Assembly: GCA_036679665.1 (NCBI GenBank)
Contig: JAZHEJ010000040.1
Coordinates: 1-59,571 of the forward strand
Reading direction: 5' to 3'
DNA length: 59,571 nucleotides
Origin: Candidatus Tethybacter castellensis
GTDB taxonomy: Bacteria > Pseudomonadota > Gammaproteobacteria > Tethybacterales > Tethybacteraceae
Positions 9,974 through 20,685 of this stretch are shown here, one piece after another (position 1 is the stretch's first letter; the number at the start of each line of letters is the position of its first letter). Made by a program: the position numbers and the translations under genes. The notes under the pieces are model-generated. The model had not been told where the DNA came from, did no database searches, and saw nothing but the letters and a program-made list of their open reading frames with translations.

Positions 9974-11065
9974 ATGTCGGTAGTACTAGAACAACTTAGC
10001 AAATCTTACGGCAAAGTATCTGTGATACGTAGCATAGACCTTGATATTAATCAAGGTGAATTTATAGTTTTTGTCGGCCCCTCAGGGTGCGGTAAATCAA
10101 CGCTACTGCGCATGATTGCCGGATTAGAAAATATCACCGGTGGCAAGCTGATGATATCCGACGAGGTCGTAAACGATAAACCTCCCTCCCAACGTGGCAT
10201 CGCGATGGTATTTCAGTCATACGCGCTTTACCCGCACTTGACGGTATTTGAAAATATGGCGTTCAGTCTACGCATAGCGAAAGTACCTAAAGACAAAATT
10301 ACTAAAATCATTAACGAAACCGCAGTGATATTGCAACTTGAGGATTATTTACACCGGTTACCAAAAGCATTGTCAGGTGGCCAGCGCCAACGGGTAGCTA
10401 TCGGACGCGCAATCGTACGCAATCCCAAGGTATTCTTGTTTGATGAGCCGCTGTCAAACCTTGACTCGGCATTGCGTTCCGCGACGCGGATTGAAATCGC
10501 CAACCTGAAAGACAGCCTTCCTGATACCACAATGATTTATGTCACCCATGATCAAGTCGAAGCGATGACGCTAGCTGATCGCATCGTGGTCTTATCTAGC
10601 GGTGATGTCGAACAAGTGGGCACCCCGCTTGAGCTATACGAAAACCCTGCTAATCTTTTCGTCGCTACTTTCATCGGTTCGCCGGCGATGAATATTATTG
10701 ATGCGACTATAAGTAGCGCTAACGGCAAGATCAACGTCACGCTATCGGATGATAATAAATTTCATATCGATAACAAAATTAAAATTGACCAAAGCGAAAT
10801 GCAGGTAAAAATCGGCATTCGTCCTGAAGACATGTATATTACCGGTGACAATGACCAGTCCATCACCGGTAAAGTTATGTTGGTGGAAACCCTAGGCGAA
10901 TACTCGCTGATTTACACCGAATTACCTGGTGTCTCCATAAATGAACACATGATTGTCAAAACCGCAGGTGTGGCAAAATTACACAAAGGCGATTCAATTA
11001 AGCTTGGCATACCGGTGGAAAAAATTCATATTTTCAACTCTGACGGCCGCGTAATTACGAGTTAG
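9974..11065 (+). CDS. aglK: Sugar ABC transporter ATP-binding protein
   Basis: GPSGCGKS, LSGGQRQR, FLFDEPLSNLD, C-terminal GIRPED TOBE region. Confidence 0.92.
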   Translation: MSVVLEQLSKSYGKVSVIRSIDLDINQGEFIVFVGPSGCGKSTLLRMIAGLENITGGKLMISDEVVNDKPPSQRGIAMVFQSYALYPHLTVFENMAFSLRIAKVPKDKITKIINETAVILQLEDYLHRLPKALSGGQRQRVAIGRAIVRNPKVFLFDEPLSNLDSALRSATRIEIANLKDSLPDTTMIYVTHDQVEAMTLADRIVVLSSGDVEQVGTPLELYENPANLFVATFIGSPAMNIIDATISSANGKINVTLSDDNKFHIDNKIKIDQSEMQVKIGIRPEDMYITGDNDQSITGKVMLVETLGEYSLIYTELPGVSINEHMIVKTAGVAKLHKGDSIKLGIPVEKIHIFNSDGRVITS

Positions 11066-11074
11066 AGTCATGTA

Positions 11075-11099
11075 ATCAGTGCACACTTGATGTACTGAT
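11075..11099 (+). terminator. Possible hairpin terminator after aglK
   Basis: ATCAGTGCA-cacttga-TGTACTGAT forms a 9-bp stem with one G-U pair; no strong U-tract follows. Confidence 0.3.
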
Positions 11100-11160
11100 G
11101 CATTGCTAGAATTGTCCCTTTGTATTTTTTATATAAACTCGGGACTTATTGTATAAACAT

Positions 11161-12237
11161 ATGAAAAAAGAAAGCCTGCCATATGGCAAGCGTCTGCGTA
11201 GAAGAGCTTTTTTACACGTTGCTTCATTAGCGGTTGTTCCCACCTTGTTTAGCTCAGTTGCACGAGGTTCAAGTGCAACATTACACTTGTACAATTGGGA
11301 TGATTATATAAGCGAAGCCACGCTTGCCAGTTTTCAGCAGCAAACCGATTACCAGATCAAATTAGACGTTTTTGCTGATGGAGAAGAACAGTTCGCAAAA
11401 CTTAAACTAGGCAATTCGGGTTATGACATAACCTTTCCCTCGCACGATAGCGTGACGCGCTTGTTCAAGTCGGATTTGCTTTTACCACTTGATCATCAAC
11501 TGATTCCCAACCTGGCCAACTTGGCTCCTGAACATCAAAATCCACATTACGACCTAGGAAATCGATATTCAGTTCCATATATGTGGGGTACTATGGGAAT
11601 CGCTTATCGTAAATCAGTGATTGATCCTCCAACATCTTGGCGCGACGTGCTTACCCTTGCCGGTATCGCCAAAAATGGTCGCGTATCATGGTTATCCGAA
11701 GCCACCTCGATGGTGTCTGTCGGACTGATGATGACTGGAGCATCCGCCAATGATTTCAGTAGCGCCAGTTTGCGAAAAGTGTTTGATGAACTGCAACCTG
11801 CAAAAAAGAAAGTTATCAAAATTGCTGAAGACAACGGACAAGATTTACTTGCCGCCGGGGAAGTCGATCTAGCTATCGAATGGAATGGCGATATCGCACA
11901 ACTTATTGCCGAAGACGACGATATCGGGTTTGTGATTCCGCAAGAAGGTAGCATCTATTATGTTGATTGCGTATGCATTCTTGCCGATACAAGACATGCG
12001 AAGGCGGCGCACGATTTTATCAACCATGTACTAAATCCGCAAGTAGGTAGCGAACTTGCCGAATATATCGGCTACGCCACGCCTAATGCCGCAGCTTATG
12101 CCCTGACCAGTTCCGCATACCGTAACAACCCGGTAACTTTTCCTGTCAACCCGGAAAAACTGGAAATAGTCGTCTACCCAGGCGAAGATGCCCTACGAAA
12201 TATTTTCAGATCATGGGAACAGCTCCTCGCGAGCTGA
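11161..12237 (+). CDS. potD: Spermidine/putrescine ABC transporter substrate-binding protein (PotD/PotF family)
   Basis: LYNWDDYI, GYD, YSVPYMWGT.GIAY, EWNGD, IPQEGS..YVD, IGYATPN. Start set at ATG 11161. Confidence 0.88.
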   Translation: MKKESLPYGKRLRRRAFLHVASLAVVPTLFSSVARGSSATLHLYNWDDYISEATLASFQQQTDYQIKLDVFADGEEQFAKLKLGNSGYDITFPSHDSVTRLFKSDLLLPLDHQLIPNLANLAPEHQNPHYDLGNRYSVPYMWGTMGIAYRKSVIDPPTSWRDVLTLAGIAKNGRVSWLSEATSMVSVGLMMTGASANDFSSASLRKVFDELQPAKKKVIKIAEDNGQDLLAAGEVDLAIEWNGDIAQLIAEDDDIGFVIPQEGSIYYVDCVCILADTRHAKAAHDFINHVLNPQVGSELAEYIGYATPNAAAYALTSSAYRNNPVTFPVNPEKLEIVVYPGEDALRNIFRSWEQLLAS

Positions 12238-12253
12238 CGACAGCTTTCTTGCG

Positions 12254-13138
12254 ATGCCTGATTGGTCGTCAAGATCTTTGCGTGTTAATTCACTGATTGC
12301 AGCGCCACACGTGGTGTGGCTTTCGATATTCGTTATCCTTCCGCTGTGCGCTATCTTGTTTATCAGTTTGTTGCTACCTAGCAGCGCTACCACCTATGAG
12401 CCACGCTTGACCGTAAGCAACTATGCGCAGGTGTTCCAAGAGCCTTATCCGGCGGTTTTTCTTTTTTCAATTTTGATTGCGGCAAGTACAACCATTATCT
12501 GCCTGCTTATTGCTTTTCCACTGGCGCTGGCTATAGCGTTTAGCTCGGAACGACGGCATTTTTTCTTACTCTTGGCTATTTGCATGCCGTTTTGGATCAG
12601 TACCCTGATTCGCATGTATTCTTTGCAAGAAATACTTGGTCGCCAAGGAGTCATCAATAAAGTTGTACTTGGCTTGAGCGAATTCGTCAGTAGTATGATA
12701 CCGATGTTGCCGGTACTTGATCCATTAGAACTTATTTACAATCGCATCGGCGTGCTGATTGGCCTAGTGTATGCATTTATACCTTTCGCGATTTTACCCA
12801 TGTACGCAAGCTTGGTTCGCCTTGACCGCAAGCTGATTGAAGCTAGCCGCGATCTAGGCGCCACTTTTTTCACGACGGCAAGGAAAATTATTTTGCCGCT
12901 TGCCTTACCTGGAATTTCTGCTGCGGCCACATTGATATTTATTCCCGCAATAGGCGCTTTTTATGTTGTCGATATGCTCGGCGGTCCCGAGGAGCTACTA
13001 ATCGGTAATCTGGTTCAACTACAATTTCACGAATTTAATAATTGGCCGTTTGGTGCTGCATTGTCGGTTTCCATGCTAATTTGTACTTTGTTGGTATGGT
13101 CGGTAACTGCTCGGTTACGTGCCAAAATCTATGGTTAG
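12254..13138 (+). CDS. potB: Polyamine ABC transporter permease (PotB family)
   Basis: PFWISTLIR, IGLVYAFIPFAILPMY, EASRDLGA, NWPFGAALS. Start uncertain (ATG 12254 or 12188). Confidence 0.87.
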   Translation: MPDWSSRSLRVNSLIAAPHVVWLSIFVILPLCAILFISLLLPSSATTYEPRLTVSNYAQVFQEPYPAVFLFSILIAASTTIICLLIAFPLALAIAFSSERRHFFLLLAICMPFWISTLIRMYSLQEILGRQGVINKVVLGLSEFVSSMIPMLPVLDPLELIYNRIGVLIGLVYAFIPFAILPMYASLVRLDRKLIEASRDLGATFFTTARKIILPLALPGISAAATLIFIPAIGAFYVVDMLGGPEELLIGNLVQLQFHEFNNWPFGAALSVSMLICTLLVWSVTARLRAKIYG

Positions 13139-13985
13139 CCCCGTGCCTCTAAAGCAAGCAGCGGCACCTCGTGCGCGAGCGAAGGGTGTTGCTTCCCAAT
13201 TACAAATCACCCCATATCTAAACTGGTGGTTATGGATCTGTCTAGCCGCGCTATACCTGCCGATCATTATTATGGTCGTGTTCTCTTTTAACGACTCCAA
13301 GCGCGGTGTAGTATGGCGTGGGTTCTCGTTGCGTCATTATGAAGCCGCTTGGAAAAATCACGATCTGCTTGACGCTTTTGGTAATTCATTAATAGTAGCA
13401 AGCGGTACCGCGCTTATTTCAACCGCGCTTGGTTTGTGCGCCGCACTAACCTTGGAGCGGATACGTATCCGCAGTATCAGCGTCTATCGTCCGGTACTGC
13501 TGATACCTCTAGTAATACCCGAAGTGTGTTTGGGCGTTGCGTTGCTGGTATTTTTTCACATGATCGGTTGGCATCGCAGCTGGCCATGGCCGCTAGCCCT
13601 GTGCCAGGTGTTAGCTGCACATGTAACCTTTTCTTTGCCCTTTTGTACCTTGCTTATTAGAGCGCGACTACGCCAGCTCAACAGTGAGCTCGAAGTAGCC
13701 GCGCGTGATTTGGGAGCTACGCAACTGCGAGCAATTTGGGATGTGACTGTCCCGTTACTAAAGCCGGCGCTACTAGCTAGCATACTTATGGCCTTCACCC
13801 TATCACTGGACGATTTTGTCGTATCTTTTTTCACCGCCACACCTGAAGCTCAACTTTTGCCGGTACGGGTGTTTTCTATGATTCGCTTTGGTGCAACTCC
13901 GCAAGTTAATGCTGTGTCGACAATTTTGTTACTGATTACCGTTGTCAGCATACTGTTTGCGGCGTTGGCGTACCAGCGTAAATGA
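13119..13985 (+). CDS. potC: Polyamine ABC transporter permease (PotC family)
   Basis: LYLPII.MVVFSFN, EVAARDLGA, FTLSLDDFVVSFF. Confidence 0.87.
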   Translation: MPKSMVSPVPLKQAAAPRARAKGVASQLQITPYLNWWLWICLAALYLPIIIMVVFSFNDSKRGVVWRGFSLRHYEAAWKNHDLLDAFGNSLIVASGTALISTALGLCAALTLERIRIRSISVYRPVLLIPLVIPEVCLGVALLVFFHMIGWHRSWPWPLALCQVLAAHVTFSLPFCTLLIRARLRQLNSELEVAARDLGATQLRAIWDVTVPLLKPALLASILMAFTLSLDDFVVSFFTATPEAQLLPVRVFSMIRFGATPQVNAVSTILLLITVVSILFAALAYQRK

Positions 13986-15061
13986 ACGTTGTTTCATCAC
14001 CGGCAATTGACGCGCGCGGTCTAAGCAAAAACTATGCGCAAGTATGTGCGGTAGCTGATGGTACTTTGCAGTGTAAAAGCGGCGAGCTAGTGACCATTCT
14101 CGGGGCATCAGGATGCGGTAAAAGCACGTTGCTGCGGCTGATTTGCGGACTTGAAAAACCTGACCATGGACAGGTGCTTATACAAAACCGAGATGTAACC
14201 GCTATGCCGCCTGAGCAACGTCCAGTTAACATAGTATTTCAATCTTACGCTTTGTTCCCGCACTTGTCCGTATACGACAACATTGCCTATGGCCTAAAGG
14301 TCACCAAACAAAATTCACAAACCATACGTCAACGTTGCGGCGAAATAATCGACCTTATGCAGTTAACCGAACTAAGCAAGCGCTTGCCGGAAAATCTTTC
14401 TGGCGGCCAGCAGCAACGCGTCGCCTTGGCACGTGCGCTGGTAATGCGGCCGGTGGCGTTGCTTCTTGACGAGCCGCTAGCAGCTCTTGATGCAAAACTG
14501 CGCGAACAAATGCGTGCCTATCTAGGTGAATTACAGGCTACTTTGGGGATTACTTTCTTGATGGTTACCCATGATCAAGAAGAAGCGCTTGTGCTTAGTC
14601 AACGCTTAGCTTTCATGCATGAAGGACGCATCCTCCAGTGCGACACTCCAGAAACCGTTTATCGCCTGCCGGCCAACTTGTTGATTGCAACTTTTTTAGG
14701 CAAGATGGCATTTGTGCCCGCTCAAATCGACAGTGACGGAAATATGTTTAGCGCTTTTTTTGACAAACCGATTTGCTTGCAACGTAACCTCCCTGCCGGA
14801 CGCATAACCATTGGCATCAGGCCTGAACATGTCAAACTGCACAAAACTAACAGCGCAGAAAAACTTGAAGTAGCGGTAAATGTAAAGCGGGTTGATTTTT
14901 TTGGTCAGTCCAAACTGGTTACCACCGTTGGCGTCGATCAAACTATATTATGTGCCTGGCTCAAAGCTGACCAGCCAATTCCCGAAGGAAAATTAATGGC
15001 CAGTTGGGAAGCTGCCTCCATGCTTATCTTTGATGATACCGGGCAACGAGTAAGTTGGTAA
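13982..15061 (+). CDS. potA: Polyamine ABC transporter ATP-binding protein (PotA family)
   Basis: [40 protein letters not shown]. Confidence 0.88.
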   Translation: MNVVSSPAIDARGLSKNYAQVCAVADGTLQCKSGELVTILGASGCGKSTLLRLICGLEKPDHGQVLIQNRDVTAMPPEQRPVNIVFQSYALFPHLSVYDNIAYGLKVTKQNSQTIRQRCGEIIDLMQLTELSKRLPENLSGGQQQRVALARALVMRPVALLLDEPLAALDAKLREQMRAYLGELQATLGITFLMVTHDQEEALVLSQRLAFMHEGRILQCDTPETVYRLPANLLIATFLGKMAFVPAQIDSDGNMFSAFFDKPICLQRNLPAGRITIGIRPEHVKLHKTNSAEKLEVAVNVKRVDFFGQSKLVTTVGVDQTILCAWLKADQPIPEGKLMASWEAASMLIFDDTGQRVSW

Positions 15062-15087
15062 CCTACTTTGCGATAAGCTTTTAGACT

Positions 15088-15693
15088 CTAGCGGTATTCG
15101 GAGTCGGCGTTTCTTGCTTTGGCGATTTCAGCTTCGTGCTTGTCGCCGACTTCCAACAACATATCTTTGGTGTAGTAAAGATCGCCTCTTCGTTCACCGT
15201 GATATTCATAGATCTGCGTTTCGACGATTGCGTCAACCGGACACGCCTCTTCACACAAGCCGCAATAGATGCACTTGACCATGTCTATGTCATACCTGGT
15301 GGTTCGGCGCGAACCGTCATCGCGCACTTCAGATTCAATATGAATCGCCATTGCCGGACACACCGCCTCGCATAACTTGCAGGCTATGCATCGTTCTTCA
15401 CCATTGGGATAGCGGCGTAACGCATGAAGTCCGCGAAACCGCGAACTCACCGGAGCCTTTTCTTCAGGATAGCGGACCGTGATTTTTTTAGTCAACATTT
15501 TGCGCCAGGTCAACAACAATCCACGCAACAATTCCTTTAACAAAAACGACTTGCCAACAATAGCCAGACGCTGACCGAATGTCACTGGTGCCAACCCGGC
15601 TTCAGCAGCACTGTTTTGGTCGCTTACCGAAATTTTCGATTGAGCTGGTGACGCTTTGTGTGCTTGCATATCAGTTTTGATGTTATTTTCCAA
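15088..15693 (-). CDS. nuoI: NADH-quinone oxidoreductase subunit I
   Basis: [29 protein letters not shown] and [17 protein letters not shown] (two 4Fe-4S motifs). Confidence 0.97.
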   Translation of the reverse strand: MENNIKTDMQAHKASPAQSKISVSDQNSAAEAGLAPVTFGQRLAIVGKSFLLKELLRGLLLTWRKMLTKKITVRYPEEKAPVSSRFRGLHALRRYPNGEERCIACKLCEAVCPAMAIHIESEVRDDGSRRTTRYDIDMVKCIYCGLCEEACPVDAIVETQIYEYHGERRGDLYYTKDMLLEVGDKHEAEIAKARNADSEYR

Positions 15694-15695
15694 AA

Positions 15696-16763
15696 TCAGT
15701 TACCCCAAACCCATAGCGGCGTACGTTGCCAAAACCCAACTACGACTAACCAAACGATGGTTAGTGGTATAAACACTTTCCAGCCTAAACGCATGATTTG
15801 GTCATAGCGGTAGCGGGGAAAAGTTGCCCGAAACCACAAAAATAAAAATAACACAAACGCGGTTTTGAACACCAGCCAGACTAATCCTGGAATCCAGTTA
15901 AACGGCGCTATGTCGAACGGAGGTAACCATCCGCCCAAAAACATGGTGGCCGTCAATACCGAAATCAAAATCATATTCGCGTATTCCGCCAGGAAAAAAA
16001 TCGCAAACGCCATTCCTGAGTATTCGACGTGAAATCCTGCGACTAGCTCTGATTCTCCTTCAGCAACATCAAACGGAGCCCGGTTGGTTTCAGCGACACC
16101 GGAAATCAAATACACGACTAGCATCGGAAAAAGCGGTACAAAATACCAGGACAAGAAAGTAGCGCCTTGCTGTCCTTCTACGATCGCTGACAGATTTAGG
16201 CTGCCTGAAGCCATCAGCACGGTCACGAGTGCGAAACCCATCGCGATCTCGTACGACACCAATTGCGCCGCTGAGCGTAAGCAACCGAGTAGCGCGTATT
16301 TCGAATTGGACGCCCACCCGGCAATAATAATTCCATACACGCCCACCGAGGTCGCAGCCAGCACGAACATAAGCCCGGCATCAATATCGGCCAAAACCAG
16401 CTCGGCGGAAAATGGTATCACCGCCCACACCACCAATGCCGCGCTGATGGATATGGTTGGCGCGATTAAAAACAACATTTTGCTAGCTTCAACCGGCATA
16501 ATGATTTCTTTAAGCAGTAACTTTAGAACGTCGGCAAACGGCTGTAACAATCCATATTTGCCAACACGGTCAGGGCCTACGCGCAACTGCATCGACCCGA
16601 TTACTTTACGCTCAGCGTAGGTAAGATAGGCAACGCTAAGAATGAGCGGAATAACGATCGCCAATATTTTGATGATGGTAACCGTAAAGTATCCAACCCA
16701 ACCTGCATAAACTCCCATCCAAGGTTCAAGCAAGTCGGTTACCTCGTTATTGATAAATTCCAC
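15696..16763 (-). CDS. nuoH: NADH-quinone oxidoreductase subunit H
   Basis: [55 protein letters not shown]. Start placed at GTG 16763, overlapping the nuoG stop. Confidence 0.97.
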   Translation of the reverse strand: MEFINNEVTDLLEPWMGVYAGWVGYFTVTIIKILAIVIPLILSVAYLTYAERKVIGSMQLRVGPDRVGKYGLLQPFADVLKLLLKEIIMPVEASKMLFLIAPTISISAALVVWAVIPFSAELVLADIDAGLMFVLAATSVGVYGIIIAGWASNSKYALLGCLRSAAQLVSYEIAMGFALVTVLMASGSLNLSAIVEGQQGATFLSWYFVPLFPMLVVYLISGVAETNRAPFDVAEGESELVAGFHVEYSGMAFAIFFLAEYANMILISVLTATMFLGGWLPPFDIAPFNWIPGLVWLVFKTAFVLFLFLWFRATFPRYRYDQIMRLGWKVFIPLTIVWLVVVGFWQRTPLWVWGN

Positions 16764-19186
16764 TACCCAACTCCCCCCACAGCTTGGTGTTCTGTGGTGA
16801 CCTGCCGTACCATAATACGTGAGCACGCACCGAGAATTGCGGTGTGATCATTGCCCCAAGGCAAGCGTGCGCACCCGCGAGCTAAGCTGTCATCAGCACG
16901 TACGATGCAGGTGACTTCAATATTAGACGCAGCTTGGTCCGCTAAGCTTACCAACGCCTGATCGCCTGGGCTGATTCCCAGTTGCGCCAGATCCGCAGGA
17001 TGCATAGACAGCATGCGTGAACGCGCGGCAATTTGAGTTTCCTGTAAAGGTACCGCTCGGCGGACAACCGAATCGCCGGCAAAATGCCCCACTTCCGCCA
17101 ACCGCTCAAATTCCCCGACCGCAAATTTTTCTTTAGCAACGGAACGCGGTGGTGGCATATTTGTCAGCTTACAGTTGAGCAGTTCACTGAAGTCTCCCGC
17201 CGTAGCCAACTTGGCTCGCGCCTGAATGATATCTTCAAAAGTAAAACCCGTAACATCCATCATATTAGCCAGTACGCGCAGAATTTTCCAAGTCGGCCGT
17301 GCTTCGCCCGGTGGAAGTACCGCAGGTTCCATCTTGGCGGCATTACCTTCAAGATTAACCAGTGTGCCCATACATTCACCAAATGACGTCGCGGGTAGCA
17401 TAATGTCGGCGTATTCATTTGCGCCCACGAAGTAACTACCGATATTGATGACGCATGCCTGTTCAAACGCCGCATGCGCTGAGTGTGGATCAGCGCAATC
17501 CAACGGTTCGCAGTCAATCAGCACATAGGCTTTTAACTGCTGGTTTATCATCTGACGGGAGTTTAAACCGGGTTGCTCTAGCTTTTCCAACATAAACCCG
17601 CGGTGTGGCGTCGCTCCGGCAAGCTCAATGCCGATCGCATTAGCTCCATCAACTAAAACTCCTTGAAAACCTTCTAGCAACGACGCAAGCTTGGCGGCCA
17701 GCCGATAAATAAGCGCGTAATCGGTAGCGTTTTGCGCTTGTGCGCCAAGCCAAATCGCGGGATTCTTACGCTCTTGCAGTTGCTTGGCAAATTGCCGATG
17801 CCGCTCGCTAGGCTCACCGAAATCGGTTATCCAGGTTGGTAACGACTCGCCCGCGGATACCATACACTGACAAAGAGCAGCAAGCGTATAGGCATATTTA
17901 GAAGGCGGCACAATAAACTGGTCAGCTATCGGCAGATTGCCGGCCAAGTCCAAAGAACCGACCGCATGGATACCTTTGGCTGCTAATTGCGTAGCGTTGC
18001 GCAGCCTGATCGGTAACAGCGGCAATTCGTTGGCAGGATCAGAGCCGATCAGCAAGGCTCCGTCAAGGTTGTAAATTTCCTCTATCGAAACTCCCAGCCA
18101 CGCCACACCCTGCTGATACCCGTCCAGCTCAAAGTCCTGTTGGCGCAAACGAAAATCTATGTTGAATACGTTAATTGAGCGAAACAGGTCAGCCGCGAGC
18201 ATCGCTTCTTCACACGATACTTGCGGGCCAAGCAAAACGCCGACCTGGTCAGCGCCGTAACTATTGATAATATCCGTTAGCTGTTTGACTGCGTAACTTA
18301 AAGCCGCCTGCCACTCTACCCGCTGTGTTTTGGTCGCGTCAGGTTTTTTGATATAAGGATGTAACAACCGGGCGGCGGAATTTACCCCGGTGTATGCGAA
18401 GCGGTCGCGATCGGATATCCAACATTGATTAATCTCTTCATGGTCTCTGGGTATGACCCGTTTAATCTGCTGATCTTTGGAGTGAATATGGATATAACTG
18501 CCCCAAGAATCATGTCGCGCCACCCCGGCTGTGCGTTTCAATTCCCAAGTGCGCGCCGAAAAGCGATACGGTTTGGAATTCAACGCTCCTACCGGGCATA
18601 TATCGATCATGTTGCCGGATAACTCAGAATCGACGGTGCTTTCAATATAAGGCATGATTTCGGAATGCTCGCCCCGGCCGACCATTCCAAGTTCCATATT
18701 GCCTGCAATTTCCTGACCAAAACGCACGCAACGCGTACAGTGGATACATCTGGTCATCACCGTGGTTATCAGCGGACCCAAGTGTTTTTCAAACACAACA
18801 CGCTTTTTTTCGGTATAACGGGTCGCCGATGCCCCATAGCCCACGGCAAGATCTTGTAATTGGCATTCGCCGCCTTGGTCGCAGATCGGGCAATCGAGCG
18901 GATGATTGATGAGCAAAAATTCCATCACCCCACGTTGCGAAATCTGAGGTTTCGGCGAATTAGTGTCAATCACCATACCGTCGGTCACATATGTTGCGCA
19001 AGACGGCATTGGTTTGGGAGCTTTGTTAATTTCAACCAAACACATTCTGCAGTTGGCCGGGATGGTCAGTTTGGGATGGTAGCAAAAATGCGGTATATAG
19101 ACCCCGGCCTGCCGACAGGCCTCAAATACCGTGGTCCGTCCACGCACATTCCGCTTTTTGCCATTAATGGTGATTTTGACGTCCAT
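16763..19186 (-). CDS. nuoG: NADH-quinone oxidoreductase subunit G
   Basis: [10 protein letters not shown]...[35 protein letters not shown]. Start ATG 19186. Confidence 0.97.
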   Translation of the reverse strand: MDVKITINGKKRNVRGRTTVFEACRQAGVYIPHFCYHPKLTIPANCRMCLVEINKAPKPMPSCATYVTDGMVIDTNSPKPQISQRGVMEFLLINHPLDCPICDQGGECQLQDLAVGYGASATRYTEKKRVVFEKHLGPLITTVMTRCIHCTRCVRFGQEIAGNMELGMVGRGEHSEIMPYIESTVDSELSGNMIDICPVGALNSKPYRFSARTWELKRTAGVARHDSWGSYIHIHSKDQQIKRVIPRDHEEINQCWISDRDRFAYTGVNSAARLLHPYIKKPDATKTQRVEWQAALSYAVKQLTDIINSYGADQVGVLLGPQVSCEEAMLAADLFRSINVFNIDFRLRQQDFELDGYQQGVAWLGVSIEEIYNLDGALLIGSDPANELPLLPIRLRNATQLAAKGIHAVGSLDLAGNLPIADQFIVPPSKYAYTLAALCQCMVSAGESLPTWITDFGEPSERHRQFAKQLQERKNPAIWLGAQAQNATDYALIYRLAAKLASLLEGFQGVLVDGANAIGIELAGATPHRGFMLEKLEQPGLNSRQMINQQLKAYVLIDCEPLDCADPHSAHAAFEQACVINIGSYFVGANEYADIMLPATSFGECMGTLVNLEGNAAKMEPAVLPPGEARPTWKILRVLANMMDVTGFTFEDIIQARAKLATAGDFSELLNCKLTNMPPPRSVAKEKFAVGEFERLAEVGHFAGDSVVRRAVPLQETQIAARSRMLSMHPADLAQLGISPGDQALVSLADQAASNIEVTCIVRADDSLARGCARLPWGNDHTAILGACSRIMVRQVTTEHQAVGGVG

Positions 19187-19203
19187 AGGTCCTCGCGATG
19201 CGA

Positions 19204-20487
19204 CTAGCAACCGAATCCTGTGGTAACCATCAGCTCTTGTTCGGTTACGGCGTATTCGAATTCTTCGCCAAAATGCTTCAGAAAACTGACTATCGGGGTG
19301 GCCGCCGCCGCACCCAACGCACAGATTGTATGGCCGTCTATATTGTGGGCCACTTGTTTGAGCAACTCAATATCTTCAGGCTTACCATCGCCACATTTAA
19401 TCCTGTTTACCACTCGCCATAGCCAACCGGTTCCTTCTCGACACGGTGTGCACTGCCCGCAGGATTCTTCGTGATAAAAATATGCTAGCCTCTCTAGCGC
19501 TGTTACCATACAGGTTGTTTCGTCCATGACGATCACCGATCCCGCTCCTAAGATTGAACCGGCCTTGGAAATCGAATCGTAATCCATATTCATCTGCATC
19601 GCCACTTCAGCCGGCAACACGGGTGTTGAAGATCCGCCGGGAATAACCGCTTTGAGCTTTTTGCCGTTGCGCATCCCGCCCGCCATTTCCAACAAGGCGG
19701 CAAACGGCGTACCCAGCGGTACTTCGTAATTGCCCGGTTTTGCAACATGGCCGCTTACCGAAAATATTTTAGTACCTCCGTTATTGGTTTTTCCCAATTT
19801 CAAAAACTCATCCGCACCGGTCTTTAATATGTAGGGTACGCAAGCGAATGTCTCCACGTTATTTATCGTAGTCGGCCGACCATACAGACCGAAAGATGCC
19901 GGGAAAGGCGGCTTGTTGCGCGGTTGGCCTTTTTTGCCCTCAAGCGATTCCAACAGCGCAGTTTCCTCGCCACAAATGTAAGCGCCCCACCCGCAATGAG
20001 CGTGCAACTCAAATGAAAAATCGGTTCCAAACAAACCTTTGCCGATCATTCCCGCGGACTGTGCCGCCATGAGCGCTTTTTCAAACTTTTCGTATACTTC
20101 GAAGATCTCGCCGTGTATATAGACATAGCCGATATTGGCGCCGATAATGTAAGCGGCGATCACCATTCCTTCGATCAGCAGATGCGGGTTGTACAATAAA
20201 ATATCGCGATCTTTGAACGTTCCCGGTTCGCCCTCATCGGCATTGCAAACCAAAAACACATTCCCTTTGATATTTGGCGGGATAAATCCCCATTTGAGTC
20301 CGGAAGGAAAACCGGCGCCGCCACGCCCGCGTAATGCGCTGTCTTTTATCTGGTTGCGCAATTGGCCCGGTTCAATCCGCTTGGCAAGCACACCTTCCAA
20401 CACCTTATACCCGCCGTGTTTGCGGTAGATTTCGATATCTGCCAGATCGCCCTTATCAAGATCAGCAAAGATTACTTCGTTAGCCAT
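19204..20487 (-). CDS. nuoF: NADH-quinone oxidoreductase subunit F
   Basis: LRGRGGAGFP, NADEGEPG, YICGEETALLES, ESCGQCTPCREG, ICALG. Start ATG 20487. Confidence 0.97.
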   Translation of the reverse strand: MANEVIFADLDKGDLADIEIYRKHGGYKVLEGVLAKRIEPGQLRNQIKDSALRGRGGAGFPSGLKWGFIPPNIKGNVFLVCNADEGEPGTFKDRDILLYNPHLLIEGMVIAAYIIGANIGYVYIHGEIFEVYEKFEKALMAAQSAGMIGKGLFGTDFSFELHAHCGWGAYICGEETALLESLEGKKGQPRNKPPFPASFGLYGRPTTINNVETFACVPYILKTGADEFLKLGKTNNGGTKIFSVSGHVAKPGNYEVPLGTPFAALLEMAGGMRNGKKLKAVIPGGSSTPVLPAEVAMQMNMDYDSISKAGSILGAGSVIVMDETTCMVTALERLAYFYHEESCGQCTPCREGTGWLWRVVNRIKCGDGKPEDIELLKQVAHNIDGHTICALGAAAATPIVSFLKHFGEEFEYAVTEQELMVTTGFGC

Positions 20488-20685
20488 GCAATTGAAGTTA
20501 CTAAATCCAGCACGCAATCATCGCTAGCGTTTATTTTACCTGCAACACGACCGAGTATCGACAAAATACGTCGCTCGACCCTCCAACTTGTTTGGTCTGG
20601 GTATACATTACATTGGATAATTCGTAAGTATTAATGTAGATTATGCTATATTCCGCTAGCATCAGCTATTGCCTTTTTTAATTTA

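Noticed and set aside
16084-16620. 178-aa plus-strand ORF and the other short antisense ORFs across nuo, leuS and transporter genes
   Set aside because: They lie entirely opposite well-supported genes and have no RBS or family motifs.
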